Positions 37,208 to 47,627 of a stretch of DNA of 64,000 bases are shown here, piece by piece. The first letter of the stretch is position 1. Each line of letters begins with the position of its first letter. Under the pieces are notes generated by a model. It made no database searches, was not told the DNA's origin, and saw only the letters and a list, made by a program, of their open reading frames with translations. The stretch is from positions 111,866 through 175,865 of the forward strand of contig CAVUKU010000003.1 in NCBI GenBank assembly GCA_963742275.1, in the 5' to 3' direction. The stretch is from an uncultured Solirubrobacterales bacterium. Its GTDB lineage: Bacteria > Actinomycetota > Thermoleophilia > Solirubrobacterales > Solirubrobacteraceae. The position numbers were made by a program, and so were the translations under genes.

Positions 37208-39751
37208 CTACTCATTCAGGGCAAGCGTCGCGGGTACACGCGAGGCGAACCAGCCGGGGAGGGACACAATCAGAAGAACCGCGGCGATGACAAGCAGGGG
37301 GATCTCAATCGGGCGCCCGCCTGTGGCCACTCCCGCGACCGGAAAGCCGGTGACGTGCTCGAGGTAGCCGTCGATCACGATCTGACCATAGACGCCGGCT
37401 ACCGCTCCGGTCAAGCATCCTGCGCTGAGCATCAGTGCGGATTCGACGAACAACACGAGCTTGATCTGGCGGCGCGGGGCGCCTTCGAGTCGTAGTTCGG
37501 CAAGCGAGCGTCGTCGCTGCCAGATACTCGACCCGAGTGCCGCGGCCAGCGCGAGGATCGCCGCAGCGACGAGCAGCGTCGAGATCTCTCCGAGCTGCCC
37601 AAGCCCTTCGGCGGCGATAGCATCGAATCGCTCTGCCCTGGTATGGGCGGTAACCGCTTCCAAGCCGCTCTGCGATCCCAGTGCGACCGCGATCTCGCGC
37701 AGTGCACGCCCAACGGGTGTGCCTGGCGTGAGGTTGATGCCAAGCGCTGTGGGCACCGTGGTGGCCCAGAACCGAGCGTAGTCGTTGATGTTCATGAGCA
37801 CCACTCCCGATGTCCAGCCAAAGTTGGTCGTCGTCGCTGCGAGCTTGAACTTGATGATGCCTGTGGCAGTCGGCAGGCTGAGTGATCCCCCGAGTCCAAC
37901 GTGCTGTTCTTCGGCGATCTGCTTGGAAACGGCGATCCAGCCTCCTTGCCGCAGGTGGGCCTCTGCGGTAACCGCGTTGCCTTGAACTACCTGGCTCGTG
38001 AGCAGCCCGATGTTCGCGTTGGGCGGGCGCGCGATGAGCCACACGCGCCGGTCGCCCATCGTCATGAACTCACTCTGAAAGGTATGAACGCCTGCGACTC
38101 CCGGTATCCGACTGATGCGGGATGCGTAGTGGTCGGGCGAGAAGCTGTTGGCTGCCGCGGTGTCTTTTGGGTTCAGCACCCAGATGGCAGCATCGGCTAC
38201 ATACGCGCCGGCGAAGGTGTGCAGCCCGTGGAGCAGGTCGTTGCGGGCGCTGCCGAGAGCGACGCTGCCAAAGAGCGCTACCGCCCCGGTCGCGGCTAGC
38301 GCCAACGAGCGCAGCGTCGTGGCCTTCAGAGACGAGAGCGCCAGCGGCAGGACCGTGAGTTTTGGGTTGCCGGATGCGACCGCCCCGCAGACGTGCAGGA
38401 CGAGTCCAAGCATCAAGGGAACCGCGAGCATGGTCGCCAATGCGAGCACGACACACGCGGCAAGTGCCGCGCCCGGTACCAACAAGAACAGAGCGCTCGC
38501 GAGCAGCACGAGGCCGGTCGCGACGCTCGCCAGCCATCTCCTGGCGCCCGGCGGCACACCGTCACTGCTCTCGCTTTCGGAGAAGACAGCATCCACGGGG
38601 CGTCCGCGGCGCAGATCCTGCAGTGGGACCAGCGAGGCGAGGCACATAGCCAGCATCCCTCCCCCGAGCGAGAGCAGGACGGGCTTGGCGCCGATCACGG
38701 TGCTCGTGCCCAACGTGAACGCCTGCGCAAGATACCCCGGGGAGGACTGGTGGAAGACCCCTATCGACAGGGCGTAGCCTCCGAGCAACCCCACCAGGGA
38801 CGCCGCGGCCCCCAAGCAAAGAGCCTGGAAGAGCACCATCTGCACGATCGCGGCGCGCGTGGCGCCATCGAGCCGCAAATCGGCGATCGCTTCGCGTCGC
38901 TCGGGTACGGTCAGCAGCATCGCGTTGAACGCGAAGAGAAATCCGATCAGGGCACTCAGACCAGCGAACAGCTCGCTCGCCTGGTTGCTCGGCTGTAGCG
39001 CCTGGCGCAGCACCGAAATATCCTGGTTCGCCGGTGCGACGGTGATCCTGCCGGCAGCAAGGGTCTGTAGCTCACGTTCGACGCTCGCCTTATGTCCGGG
39101 CTTGCTTTCGATGAAGATCCGCGTGACACGGCCCCGCAGCCCGGCGAGCTGCTGCAGCCGCGTGAGCGGCATGACTGCCACTCCGGCCTGGGCGAGCGCC
39201 CCGGCCGTTTCGTGGCCCAGCACCGCCGACACCTTCAACGGGATAGTGCGTCCACGTAGCTCCAGGTTGACCTCGATCGGCCGAGTCGGGTTGTAGGCCG
39301 GCAGTCCCAGCGCGCCCGCGCTCGACTGACTCAGCCCGATCCCGCCCGGCGACAGCGCTCCGATAGGCAGAGTATGCGCAAGACCGTCCAGCAGAGCGAG
39401 GCCAAGATTCGTTCCAGCGACATCGACCGTCTCCTGGCGGCCGTTGGGGGCGAGGACGGTCGCGGTCTGTTCCAGTAGCGACGCGGCCTGCGCGACTCCT
39501 GGGAGCCCTTCCACGCGGGTGAGCAGGTGTTCGTCGAAGCCGTTCGGACCGCGGGCGTGCAGCTGGAGGTCGGCGGGGCCGATAACCGTGTGGACCACAT
39601 CGCTCGCGGAGTTCGTAACGCTGCTGTTGGCGACCGTGACCGCGAACACCAGCGCCACGGCGATGGCTACCCCGATGCCGGCGAGCAGCTCCTGCATCGC
39701 GTGGACCCGCAGCCGCCTGCTGTAGAAGTAGACGAGCGCGCGTGTCCGCAT
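37208..39751 (-). CDS. ABC transporter permease, double FtsX/MacB-type
   Basis: Two repeats of TM, large extracytoplasmic loop and three TMs, with ERREAIADLRLDGA and QRRRSLAELRLEGA motifs. Confidence 0.9.
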   Translation of the reverse strand: MRTRALVYFYSRRLRVHAMQELLAGIGVAIAVALVFAVTVANSSVTNSASDVVHTVIGPADLQLHARGPNGFDEHLLTRVEGLPGVAQAASLLEQTATVLAPNGRQETVDVAGTNLGLALLDGLAHTLPIGALSPGGIGLSQSSAGALGLPAYNPTRPIEVNLELRGRTIPLKVSAVLGHETAGALAQAGVAVMPLTRLQQLAGLRGRVTRIFIESKPGHKASVERELQTLAAGRITVAPANQDISVLRQALQPSNQASELFAGLSALIGFLFAFNAMLLTVPERREAIADLRLDGATRAAIVQMVLFQALCLGAAASLVGLLGGYALSIGVFHQSSPGYLAQAFTLGTSTVIGAKPVLLSLGGGMLAMCLASLVPLQDLRRGRPVDAVFSESESSDGVPPGARRWLASVATGLVLLASALFLLVPGAALAACVVLALATMLAVPLMLGLVLHVCGAVASGNPKLTVLPLALSSLKATTLRSLALAATGAVALFGSVALGSARNDLLHGLHTFAGAYVADAAIWVLNPKDTAAANSFSPDHYASRISRIPGVAGVHTFQSEFMTMGDRRVWLIARPPNANIGLLTSQVVQGNAVTAEAHLRQGGWIAVSKQIAEEQHVGLGGSLSLPTATGIIKFKLAATTTNFGWTSGVVLMNINDYARFWATTVPTALGINLTPGTPVGRALREIAVALGSQSGLEAVTAHTRAERFDAIAAEGLGQLGEISTLLVAAAILALAAALGSSIWQRRRSLAELRLEGAPRRQIKLVLFVESALMLSAGCLTGAVAGVYGQIVIDGYLEHVTGFPVAGVATGGRPIEIPLLVIAAVLLIVSLPGWFASRVPATLALNE

Positions 39752-39797
39752 GAGAGTGTGCCGTGCCGCCGGTGGCTCGGAGCCTCGCAACGCCACC

Positions 39798-40550
39798 TCA
39801 CCCAGGGATCGGCGCAGACTGCGGCTGCGCATCAACGGGGTCGCGTACCTCGCCGGCGGGGGGCCCGTCGGTGAGCTTGCCGTCGCGCAGCGTTGTGCAG
39901 CGGTCGGCGATCAGGGCAGCCTCCCGATCGTGAGTGACGAGCAGCACCCGCGCGCCGCGCTCATGCGCGACGGAGCGCAACAGCTGCACGATCTCCCTGC
40001 CGCGTACGCTGTCGAGGTTCCCTGTCGGCTCGTCGGCGAGGATCAGACTCGGCTCTCCCGCGAGCGCGCGGGCGATAGCGACGCGCTGGCGCTCTCCGCC
40101 GGAGAGCTTCTCGGGTGTGTGCTCGAGCCGGTCAGCGAGCCCCACCCGCTCGAGCCAGGGGATCGCGCGAGCCTGGGCCTCACGCATCCCGACCCCGCCG
40201 ATGAGCAGCTTCCGGGCCGCGTTCTCGATCACCGGGACTCGGGGCATGAGATGGAAGTGCTGAAAGACGAACCCGACCTCCCTGAGCAGGTACTCACTCG
40301 CCTGACCTTCAGACATCGAAGGTACGTCGCGCCCCTGGTAGCGAATCGTGCCCTCCTCGGGCTTCATCAGCGCAGCGATCAGCAGCAGCAGTGTCGTCTT
40401 GCCCGAGCCGCTGGGGCCAAGCAACGCGACCATCTCGCCGGGCGCGATCGTAAGGCTCACGCCATCGACGGCGCGCACCTCCTCGCCCGCGCCGTGGTAG
40501 TACTTGACCACGCTGTCGAGTTCAAGCAACGCCGCCCGCTCCTCGCGCAA
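39798..40550 (-). CDS. ABC transporter ATP-binding protein (LolD/MacB type)
   Basis: [31 protein letters not shown]. Confidence 0.95.
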   Translation of the reverse strand: MREERAALLELDSVVKYYHGAGEEVRAVDGVSLTIAPGEMVALLGPSGSGKTTLLLLIAALMKPEEGTIRYQGRDVPSMSEGQASEYLLREVGFVFQHFHLMPRVPVIENAARKLLIGGVGMREAQARAIPWLERVGLADRLEHTPEKLSGGERQRVAIARALAGEPSLILADEPTGNLDSVRGREIVQLLRSVAHERGARVLLVTHDREAALIADRCTTLRDGKLTDGPPAGEVRDPVDAQPQSAPIPG

Positions 40551-41247
40551 GGCGGCGGCGCGCGAGATCGCTCACGGGCGCGAGATCGGGCGTCAGCTCG
40601 CCGAACAGTTTGCCTTTCCCGAGGGACAGCACACGGTCGGCTCCGAGCATCCCCGTGCCGTCACCGGCGCTCGCAAGGATCGCGATCCCGTCGTCGGCGA
40701 AGGAACGCAGGAGCTTCAGGATCCCGTCCCGGTCGAGCGACTCGACACCGATCGTCGGCTCATCGACTACCAGCAGGCGCGGGCTGGAAGTCAGCGCGCG
40801 AGCGAGGGCCACCCGCATCGTTTCCTCGATCTTCAGCTCGCCTGCCATCAGCGTGGCGCACGAGACGGCCTGCACGCGCTCCAGTGCCCTCCAGGCGCGG
40901 GTCAGCGCCGTGGACTGCGGGACCCTGCGCGCGAGCTGGCTCGCCATCATCTGGTCGAGGACAGTCAGACCCTTGGCGGATCGGAACTCCCGATGGCAGT
41001 AGCTGATCCCCCCACCGAGCATCTCCCCGCCACGCTCGGCCAGGTCGCGGCCATCGAAGCGCACCACACCCATACTGGGCGCTTCGACCCCGGCCGCGAT
41101 CCGCAAGAGCGTCGAGCGTCCCGAGTGTCGCTCGCCCAGCACCACAACCATTTCGCCCCTGTCGATCACGAGCGACAGATCGTCGAGCGCGACACACGCA
41201 CCGCGGTTGTAGCTCTTGCCTACATGCTCAAGCTCGAGGAGGATCAT
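40522..41247 (-). CDS. Degenerate ABC ATPase-like protein
   Basis: Walker A GERHSGRS (K to R), signature LKIEE, Walker B VVDEPT intact, no H-loop His (LASAGD). Confidence 0.8.
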   Translation of the reverse strand: MILLELEHVGKSYNRGACVALDDLSLVIDRGEMVVVLGERHSGRSTLLRIAAGVEAPSMGVVRFDGRDLAERGGEMLGGGISYCHREFRSAKGLTVLDQMMASQLARRVPQSTALTRAWRALERVQAVSCATLMAGELKIEETMRVALARALTSSPRLLVVDEPTIGVESLDRDGILKLLRSFADDGIAILASAGDGTGMLGADRVLSLGKGKLFGELTPDLAPVSDLARRRLARGAGGVA

Positions 41248-41854
41248 CGCGATCGACGCTCCTAGCCGCCCAGGCCTCGAAGATGTCGTGGGCGTGCCGC
41301 AGCCACGAGAGCATCGCCCCGCCGACCCTACGCTGCTGATCGGCCACGAGCTCATCGATCAGCTCACTACGAGCGCCGACCGCGGCCCCGGCCGGCTGCT
41401 GTCCGATCTGCCCCGCCCCCTTGAGATACTGGCGCTCAAAGCGGCCGAGGACATGCAACGCCGCCCGAGGGTTGTCGGCGAGGATCGCGAGCTGGCGCAC
41501 CCATAGCTCCTGGCGTCTGCGCTCGACATCGACCTGCTCCACGAGCCACTCGACATAGCTGTTGACCCCTGACTGGGTGGCCTGGTAGTGGGGCTTGGGC
41601 TGGCGGCCTTCTCCGATCCCGGGAATGGTCGCGATCAGCCCCCTCGCCTCCAGCCCGTTGAGCGCCGAGTAAACATGCGATTCGCCGCTGATGGGAAGCA
41701 CGTCTCCATACATGCGCTGGAAGCGGTGGTAGAGCTCGAGGCCATAGCTCGGACGCTCGATCACGAGGCCAAGGACCGCCCAAGAGACCGACGAGGTCAT
41801 CGCCCGTCTAGGCGCCTTCTTTTCCGGTCTCCCAGCCATCGACTGGTCCAGCAT
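41228..41854 (-). CDS. PadR-family transcriptional regulator
   Basis: AVLGLVIERPSYGLEL....HVYSALNGLEARGLI...HYQAT..G. Confidence 0.82.
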   Translation of the reverse strand: MLDQSMAGRPEKKAPRRAMTSSVSWAVLGLVIERPSYGLELYHRFQRMYGDVLPISGESHVYSALNGLEARGLIATIPGIGEGRQPKPHYQATQSGVNSYVEWLVEQVDVERRRQELWVRQLAILADNPRAALHVLGRFERQYLKGAGQIGQQPAGAAVGARSELIDELVADQQRRVGGAMLSWLRHAHDIFEAWAARSVDRDDPPRA

Positions 41855-42262
41855 AGTGGAAGTTCGCCCCCGCAGAAAAGACCCGTTTCCTTCTCGAATG
41901 GACACTTCCAAACTTTGAACCCTCAAACGATGCCTACCCAAACCGCGCCGCAGACCCCATCATGCCCGCAGTGGCGTCCAAGGACACACGACGGACAACG
42001 CAGACCGGGAGCCGTGCTTGCCCGCGGTGGCCGCGCATAGCGACCACCGGCGGCGTGAGCGACCGGCGAAGCGATGCCCGCGGGCGCGACGGGTGCTACC
42101 CGCTCTGGCACTCTCGCCGGAAAGGCCACCCAGGCTGGCGTCGCCCTGGCGCTGCGTTCTCCTGGGTCGGTCGTCGTGTCCCGAGGCGGGCCGAGCGTCC
42201 ACAAGACTGCCCTGGGGTCAGACGCTCGGCCCGCCCAGACGCTACCACCCATGCCAGGCGTC

Positions 42263-42622
42263 ATGGTTGACGGCGTCGTTCACCTACGGCTGACTCCCCA
42301 ACAGGTTGGGGAAGTGCTGCGCAACGTGAGCGTGGATGGGGCGGTAAGCGTGATCAGGCCTGCCTCAGACTGGGAGCTGCCATCCTCGACGGTCCTTGAT
42401 GAGCGCTCCCGTCAGGCGGAGGGGACTCAATTCTCGATGTCGCTCATAAGAGGGCTGCTAGTCCTCGCGTATTTCATGAGCGGCAAGCCCGTTGGCGTTT
42501 CCGACATGGCAGCGGAGCTTCAGATGGAGCCGAGCACAGCGAGTAGATTGATCCACACGCTAGAGCTCCTAGGGTTGATCGAGCGAGACCCTGGAACGGG
42601 CAGATCTCGGATCGTCCGATGA
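42263..42622 (+). CDS. IclR-type HTH-only DNA-binding protein
   Basis: SLIRGLLVL.....VGVSDMAAELQMEPSTASRLIHTL...GLIERDP at the C-terminus; no effector domain. Confidence 0.75.
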   Translation: MVDGVVHLRLTPQQVGEVLRNVSVDGAVSVIRPASDWELPSSTVLDERSRQAEGTQFSMSLIRGLLVLAYFMSGKPVGVSDMAAELQMEPSTASRLIHTLELLGLIERDPGTGRSRIVR

Positions 42623-42802
42623 CCCCGATGCGCCAACTCGGCGCGATCCCCGACCCGTCCGGCTTGCTCTGACACCCTGTTCGACGACCTCGCGGCGATC
42701 GAGACGTTGGGCGGTACTCTGCACACCCGCGGCACCTACCTGCGCCTGGCCCGGCGGGGTAGCGCCGGATGCAGATCGATGCCTGGCCCTACGCTTGGGC
42801 AC

Positions 42803-43207
42803 ATGCTGCGGGGCACAGAGGAGCGCAACCGACGGATGCTGCGCGCCCGCGACGCGATGGACCGAGCCTTCGCGCAGCCCCTCGACATCCCCGCGCTCGC
42901 GCGCCTGGCGCACTCCTCCCCAGCCCACTTCAGTCGGCAGTTCCGCGCGGTGTTCGGCGAGACGCCGCACAGATACCTTCAGCGCCGTCGCGTAGAGCGC
43001 GCGATGGAGCTGCTCAGGGAGACCGATCGACCCGTGACCGAGATCTGCTTCGATGTCGGTTTCAACAGTCTCGGCACGTTCAGTCGCACCTTCAGCGAGA
43101 TCGTCGGCGAGTCACCGTCGAGCTACCGAAAGCGCTTCGTGGACGGTGGCGCCGCCCTGCGGGTACCGGCCTGCTGGGCGATGGCGTGGATGCGCCCCGC
43201 GGGCTAA
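42803..43207 (+). CDS. AraC-family regulator
   Basis: LARLAHSSPAHFSRQFRAVFGETP, VTEICFDVGFNSLGTFSRTF..IVGESP. Confidence 0.92.
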   Translation: MLRGTEERNRRMLRARDAMDRAFAQPLDIPALARLAHSSPAHFSRQFRAVFGETPHRYLQRRRVERAMELLRETDRPVTEICFDVGFNSLGTFSRTFSEIVGESPSSYRKRFVDGGAALRVPACWAMAWMRPAG

Positions 43208-43249
43208 TGAGCAGATTCGGAGAAGCACGGCGAGCCCTGGCGCCCTAGC

Positions 43250-43714
43250 GTGTCGTCCATGTTCAAGCGAATAACCCACACCTTCATTCATGTCCTCGAC
43301 CAGGACGAAGCGCTCGACTTCTACGTCGGCAAGCTCGGAATGGTCGTCCACACCGACGCCGACCTCGGCGTCATGCGCTTCCTGACCGTGACCCTCCCGG
43401 ACCAGCCCGACCTCCAGCTCACCCTGATGCTGCCCGGACCGCCCGCCTACGACGACGCAACCGCCGCCCAGATTCGCGAGCTCGTGGCCAAGGGCGGGGC
43501 GGGCGGTGGCGTGATCTTCGAGACCGACGACTGTCGCGGCACATACGAGCGGCTGTGCGCGGCCGGTGTCGAGTTCACGCAGGAGCCGACCGAGCGCTTC
43601 TACGGGACCGACTGTGCGCTGCGCGACCCGTTCGGGAACCCGATCCGCTTCACTCAGCCACCGGACGAGCCGATCGTGGTGCCCTCGGCCGAGGAGCTGC
43701 GGGCACAGGCGTAG
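43250..43714 (+). CDS. VOC/glyoxalase-family protein
   Basis: HVLDQDEALDFYVGKLG, FETDDC, RDPFGN. Confidence 0.92.
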   Translation: MSSMFKRITHTFIHVLDQDEALDFYVGKLGMVVHTDADLGVMRFLTVTLPDQPDLQLTLMLPGPPAYDDATAAQIRELVAKGGAGGGVIFETDDCRGTYERLCAAGVEFTQEPTERFYGTDCALRDPFGNPIRFTQPPDEPIVVPSAEELRAQA

Positions 43715-43859
43715 GTCGCGAGGGCGCGCCGCGTGCGCCAAGCAGAAGTATGGCGCGGACCGATCGAGACGCCCGCCCGCGCTGCGAAGGAGAACTACAC
43801 GTCCACTCTGGCCACAGCCCGCGAGGCTTCCATCGGCGCTTCGAGGCCTCCACCGGCGC

Positions 43860-44414
43860 TCAAATGCGGTAACGCAGGTGAACGACGCCGCTGCCGAAGC
43901 GCTGCTCCTCCAGCAGGTGAAGCTGCGCACGGACGCCACCCGGTAGCGAGCGCTTGCCGGTCCCCACGAGAACCGGCACGAGAAACAGGCTGCACTCGTC
44001 GACAAGGCCGGCACGGATCGCCTCGCCGGCAAGCTCGGCACCGCCGATCGTGATGTCGCTACCCGCCACCTCCTTCATCTGACGGATCGCCTCGGGGTCG
44101 AGTTCCCGCTCGACCCGCGTCTTTGCGCTCGACGCCCTCTCCAGGGTCCTCGAGTAGACGACCTTCTCCGCACCGCGCCAAATCGCAGCGAAATCGCGCA
44201 CCACGGTCGCCTGGTCGGCACCGGTGGCGACCGTCTCCCAGAACACCATCGTCTCGTACATCCGCCGCCCGTACAGGTAAGTGCCGATCGGCCGCTCGAG
44301 GGCGTTGATGAACGCAAACAGCTCATCGTCCGGCCTGCCCCAGTCGAAGTTGCCCTCCGCGTCCTCGACATAGCCGTCGAGCGACGTGATCGCCGAGTAG
44401 ATCAGCTTCGCCAT
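43860..44414 (-). CDS. Dihydrofolate reductase / RibD C-terminal family protein
   Basis: SLDGY, YLYGRRMYE, IGGAELA, GLVDE, GSGVVHLRY. Confidence 0.9.
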   Translation of the reverse strand: MAKLIYSAITSLDGYVEDAEGNFDWGRPDDELFAFINALERPIGTYLYGRRMYETMVFWETVATGADQATVVRDFAAIWRGAEKVVYSRTLERASSAKTRVERELDPEAIRQMKEVAGSDITIGGAELAGEAIRAGLVDECSLFLVPVLVGTGKRSLPGGVRAQLHLLEEQRFGSGVVHLRYRI

Positions 44415-44584
44415 GAGCTCAGTCTCGCGCATCGTCCGCTCTCTCAGGGCTCCAGGAGTCTGCGGGTCGCTGCGGCGACATCGTGCTCCAGCCAGGAGGG
44501 CAGCGGCGTCCACGACGGCGAGGCCTTCGACATGCTCGCGGAGGCGCCCCCGGTGCCGTCGGAGGGCAGTGCCGTATACGGCAC

Positions 44585-45421
44585 TCAGTCGAGGCTCTCG
44601 TAGGAGGGCTCGACTCGCAGGTGCGCCTCGTGTGAGCCCTGCGGCATGCGCCGGCGCTGAACGTCTCGGCGGGTGATCGCCAGATAAGCGACCAGGGAGA
44701 AGATGACGATCCCGAGCGCCAGGGTGACGGGCCCGTCACCGACGCCGAGCCCCCCCACATCGTTGGACTTGCCCATCCAGTCGGCGAACGACGCTCCGAG
44801 CGGTCGCGTCGCGACGTAGGCGAACCAGAAGGAGAAGATCGGGTTCCACCCCAACCGCCAGTAGCCGATGGCGGGAACCGCGATCACCGCGGCGAAGAGC
44901 AGCCCGGAGGCGAGGTACCCCAGGCCGAAGGTCGTTGCCGTCAGGTCCCCCACGGCTGTGCCCATCGCGAAGGTCGCGACCACCGCTGCCCAGTAGAACG
45001 CCTCGCGCCGGGGCGAGTCGACGGTGTGGATCGAGAGCGTCCTCTCGGTCCTCTGCCAGCCGGCGAACACCGCCAGCAGCACGATCCCGTAGAGGATGCT
45101 CGATACGGGGTAGGGGACGCCGAAGCCGACGTGGAGCACGTCGGCGGCCATCGTGCCGAACACCCCGACCATGACCACCGCCAGCCAGTACGTCCATGCG
45201 ATGTAGCGGCGCATCGAGAACTGCAACGCAAGGGCAGCGAGAAAGCCGACGAACCCCAGCGCGACGGCCACCACGGGAGCCATCGCGTGGACGAGGTAGT
45301 CGGACGTCGACTCCCCCATCGCGGTCGAAAGGGCCTTGATCGCCCAGAAGTAGACCGTGATCTCGGGGACCCGCAGCGCACCACGAAGCGTCAGCCGTGT
45401 GAGGAGGGTACGATCGCTCAC
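44585..45421 (-). CDS. COG4705/DUF347 membrane protein
   Basis: VPEITVYFWAIKALSTAMGESTSD, REAFYW, FWFAYVATRPLGASFAD. Confidence 0.88.
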   Translation of the reverse strand: MSDRTLLTRLTLRGALRVPEITVYFWAIKALSTAMGESTSDYLVHAMAPVVAVALGFVGFLAALALQFSMRRYIAWTYWLAVVMVGVFGTMAADVLHVGFGVPYPVSSILYGIVLLAVFAGWQRTERTLSIHTVDSPRREAFYWAAVVATFAMGTAVGDLTATTFGLGYLASGLLFAAVIAVPAIGYWRLGWNPIFSFWFAYVATRPLGASFADWMGKSNDVGGLGVGDGPVTLALGIVIFSLVAYLAITRRDVQRRRMPQGSHEAHLRVEPSYESLD

Positions 45422-45539
45422 CGGCGTTAGTCTCTCACGTCGCCCTGCGCAGATGCGCTCCCCCCTCCGGCCGCAGCAGACGCGAATGCCCGACCGGCTG
45501 ACGCCAGGGCCCGGTCAATTCGGCGATCATCCTCTAGCG

Positions 45540-47627
45540 TTGAGCACCCTCACGACTCCACCCCCGCCGCGGCCCCCATCCGGTGGTACGCCGCCGGGGG
45601 GGATGCCGCCCGAGCCGCCGCGTCAGGAGTGGTGGATGGCCAGGCGCTTCGTGCTCGCGGCGCTCGGCATCGTCGCGCTCGCGGGCGCCGGGACCTACAT
45701 GCTGGTTCGCAAGGAGATCAAGAACGTCGTCAGCGCGCTCGGGCAGAGTAAAGCGGTCAAGATCGCGCCCAGGGTGCTCGTTCCAACCAGCAGCGGCGAA
45801 CCCGAGACGCTGCTCCTGGTCGGCAACGACGAACGCCCGCCCCCGAGGGACAACCCCGGGGGTGCCGTCCTGCCGCACTCCAACGAGATGCTGCTCGTGC
45901 GGATCGACCCGAGCAAGCCGACGATCTCGATGCTCTCGATCCCACGCGAGCTGAGGGTCACGTTCACCGCGCCCACCGGGGAAGTGATCACGAACCGCAT
46001 CAACTCCGCCTACACCTACGGCTCCGAGGACGGCGGGGGCACCTCCGGGGGCATCAAGCTGATGCTCGAAACGATCAAGAGCGTGCTGGGCATCACCGTC
46101 AACCACGTGTTCGTCACGAACTTCCCGAAATTCAGGCACGCGGTCGACGAAATGGGCTGCGTGTACATGACAGTCGACAAGCGCTACCACCACGTCAACG
46201 AACCCGGGGGCGAACAGTACTTCGAAATCAACCTCCAGCCGGGCTACCAGCGCATATGCGGCCAGCGGGCCCTCGAATTCGTCGCCAACCGTCACGAAAG
46301 CACCTCGATCATTCGCGACGCCCGTGACCAGCGGTTCCTGCTCGCGGTCAAGTCGCAGTACGGCTCCACCCTCTTTGAAAACCGTGAAAAGTTCGAGCGG
46401 ATCCTCGGTAGGACCGTTGAAACCGACCTGCACGGCGAAGAAGAAGTACTGGCGCTGCTGGAGCTCCTGGTCGAATCGGCCGGCAAGCCCGTGCGCCAGG
46501 TGCCCTTCCAGGTCGAACTTCACTCCAACTACGACACCGCCACCCCCCAGCAGCTCGAGGCATCGGCGCGCTCGTTCCTGACGGGCACCGCCGCGGTCCC
46601 CAAGCGCAAGCTGGGCCGAGCCCTGCGCTCGGTTCACACGGCTCATCGAGCTTCATCGGAACTCTCGCTCTCTCCCACCCCGAGCTCCACACTGCACGAA
46701 GCGCTGGCGATGGCCCCCGATCTGCCGTTCGCGCTCGAGGCGCCGCGCTATCAGCAGACCACAGCGGAAGCGCCACCGGACGAACTGCGCTCCTACCGCA
46801 TCCACGGGCCGGATGGCCACAGCTACCCGGCCTATGTGATCGTCGTCGGCCGCGGCGAACTCGGGCAGTACTACGACATTCAGGGAACGACCTGGACCGC
46901 TGCGCCGCTGCTCAGCGATCCGAGTCAGGAGATCCACATCGGCTCCCGCGCCTACAGCCTCTTCTACGACGGCGAACACGTCAAGACGGTCGCGTGGCGA
47001 GAAGGGAACGCCGCGTACTGGATCGAAAACACCCTCACCTACAGCCTCTCGCCTCAGGCGATGGTGGCGATCGCCCGAGATACCCGGCCGGTCGGTGGCA
47101 GCCTCGAAGTCCCGGCGCGCGCCGCCGCCACGAGCCCGAGCGGCGTGACCCTGCCCCAGCCGGGGACCACCGCCACCAGCTCGACCGACAAGCTCGAGGC
47201 CGCGCTCGGCCTCGTCAGCCTCGCCGTGGTGATGCTGCTCGCGCTGCGTCTGCTCCTGCGCCAGCGCGAACTAAAGCTCCTGCGGACTCAGGTTGCCCAC
47301 GCGATGGCCCTCGAGGCACACCAGCGCCCGCTGCTCGCCGCCGGCGCAGGTGGCGACGGTGGCAGTGGCGCTGGCGCCACTGCGGTACGCCGCGCCGCCG
47401 CGACGACCACTGCTGCTGCTGCTGCTGCCACCACAGGTGCAGGTGCAGGTGGCGCTCTAGAGAACGCCGGCCAGAACCAGCCCGCCGATGATGAGCAGGA
47501 CAAGCGCGGTGAACACGTTACCCCACCGCTCGAGCCAGCGACCGCGTATCTGATACCCGCCGAAGCAAGCCAGCAGCGTGAGGCTGACGATCGTCCCGAT
47601 CGTCACAGCGGCGAAGACGACCAGTGA
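45540..47627 (+). CDS. LCP (LytR-CpsA-Psr) family protein
   Basis: TM anchor; LLLVGND.R, LLVRID, LSIPREL, RINSAY, F...VD..G, ALEFV..RH, R..RDQ; low-complexity C-terminus, end uncertain. Confidence 0.85.
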   Translation: MSTLTTPPPPRPPSGGTPPGGMPPEPPRQEWWMARRFVLAALGIVALAGAGTYMLVRKEIKNVVSALGQSKAVKIAPRVLVPTSSGEPETLLLVGNDERPPPRDNPGGAVLPHSNEMLLVRIDPSKPTISMLSIPRELRVTFTAPTGEVITNRINSAYTYGSEDGGGTSGGIKLMLETIKSVLGITVNHVFVTNFPKFRHAVDEMGCVYMTVDKRYHHVNEPGGEQYFEINLQPGYQRICGQRALEFVANRHESTSIIRDARDQRFLLAVKSQYGSTLFENREKFERILGRTVETDLHGEEEVLALLELLVESAGKPVRQVPFQVELHSNYDTATPQQLEASARSFLTGTAAVPKRKLGRALRSVHTAHRASSELSLSPTPSSTLHEALAMAPDLPFALEAPRYQQTTAEAPPDELRSYRIHGPDGHSYPAYVIVVGRGELGQYYDIQGTTWTAAPLLSDPSQEIHIGSRAYSLFYDGEHVKTVAWREGNAAYWIENTLTYSLSPQAMVAIARDTRPVGGSLEVPARAAATSPSGVTLPQPGTTATSSTDKLEAALGLVSLAVVMLLALRLLLRQRELKLLRTQVAHAMALEAHQRPLLAAGAGGDGGSGAGATAVRRAAATTTAAAAAATTGAGAGGALENAGQNQPADDEQDKRGEHVTPPLEPATAYLIPAEASQQREADDRPDRHSGEDDQ

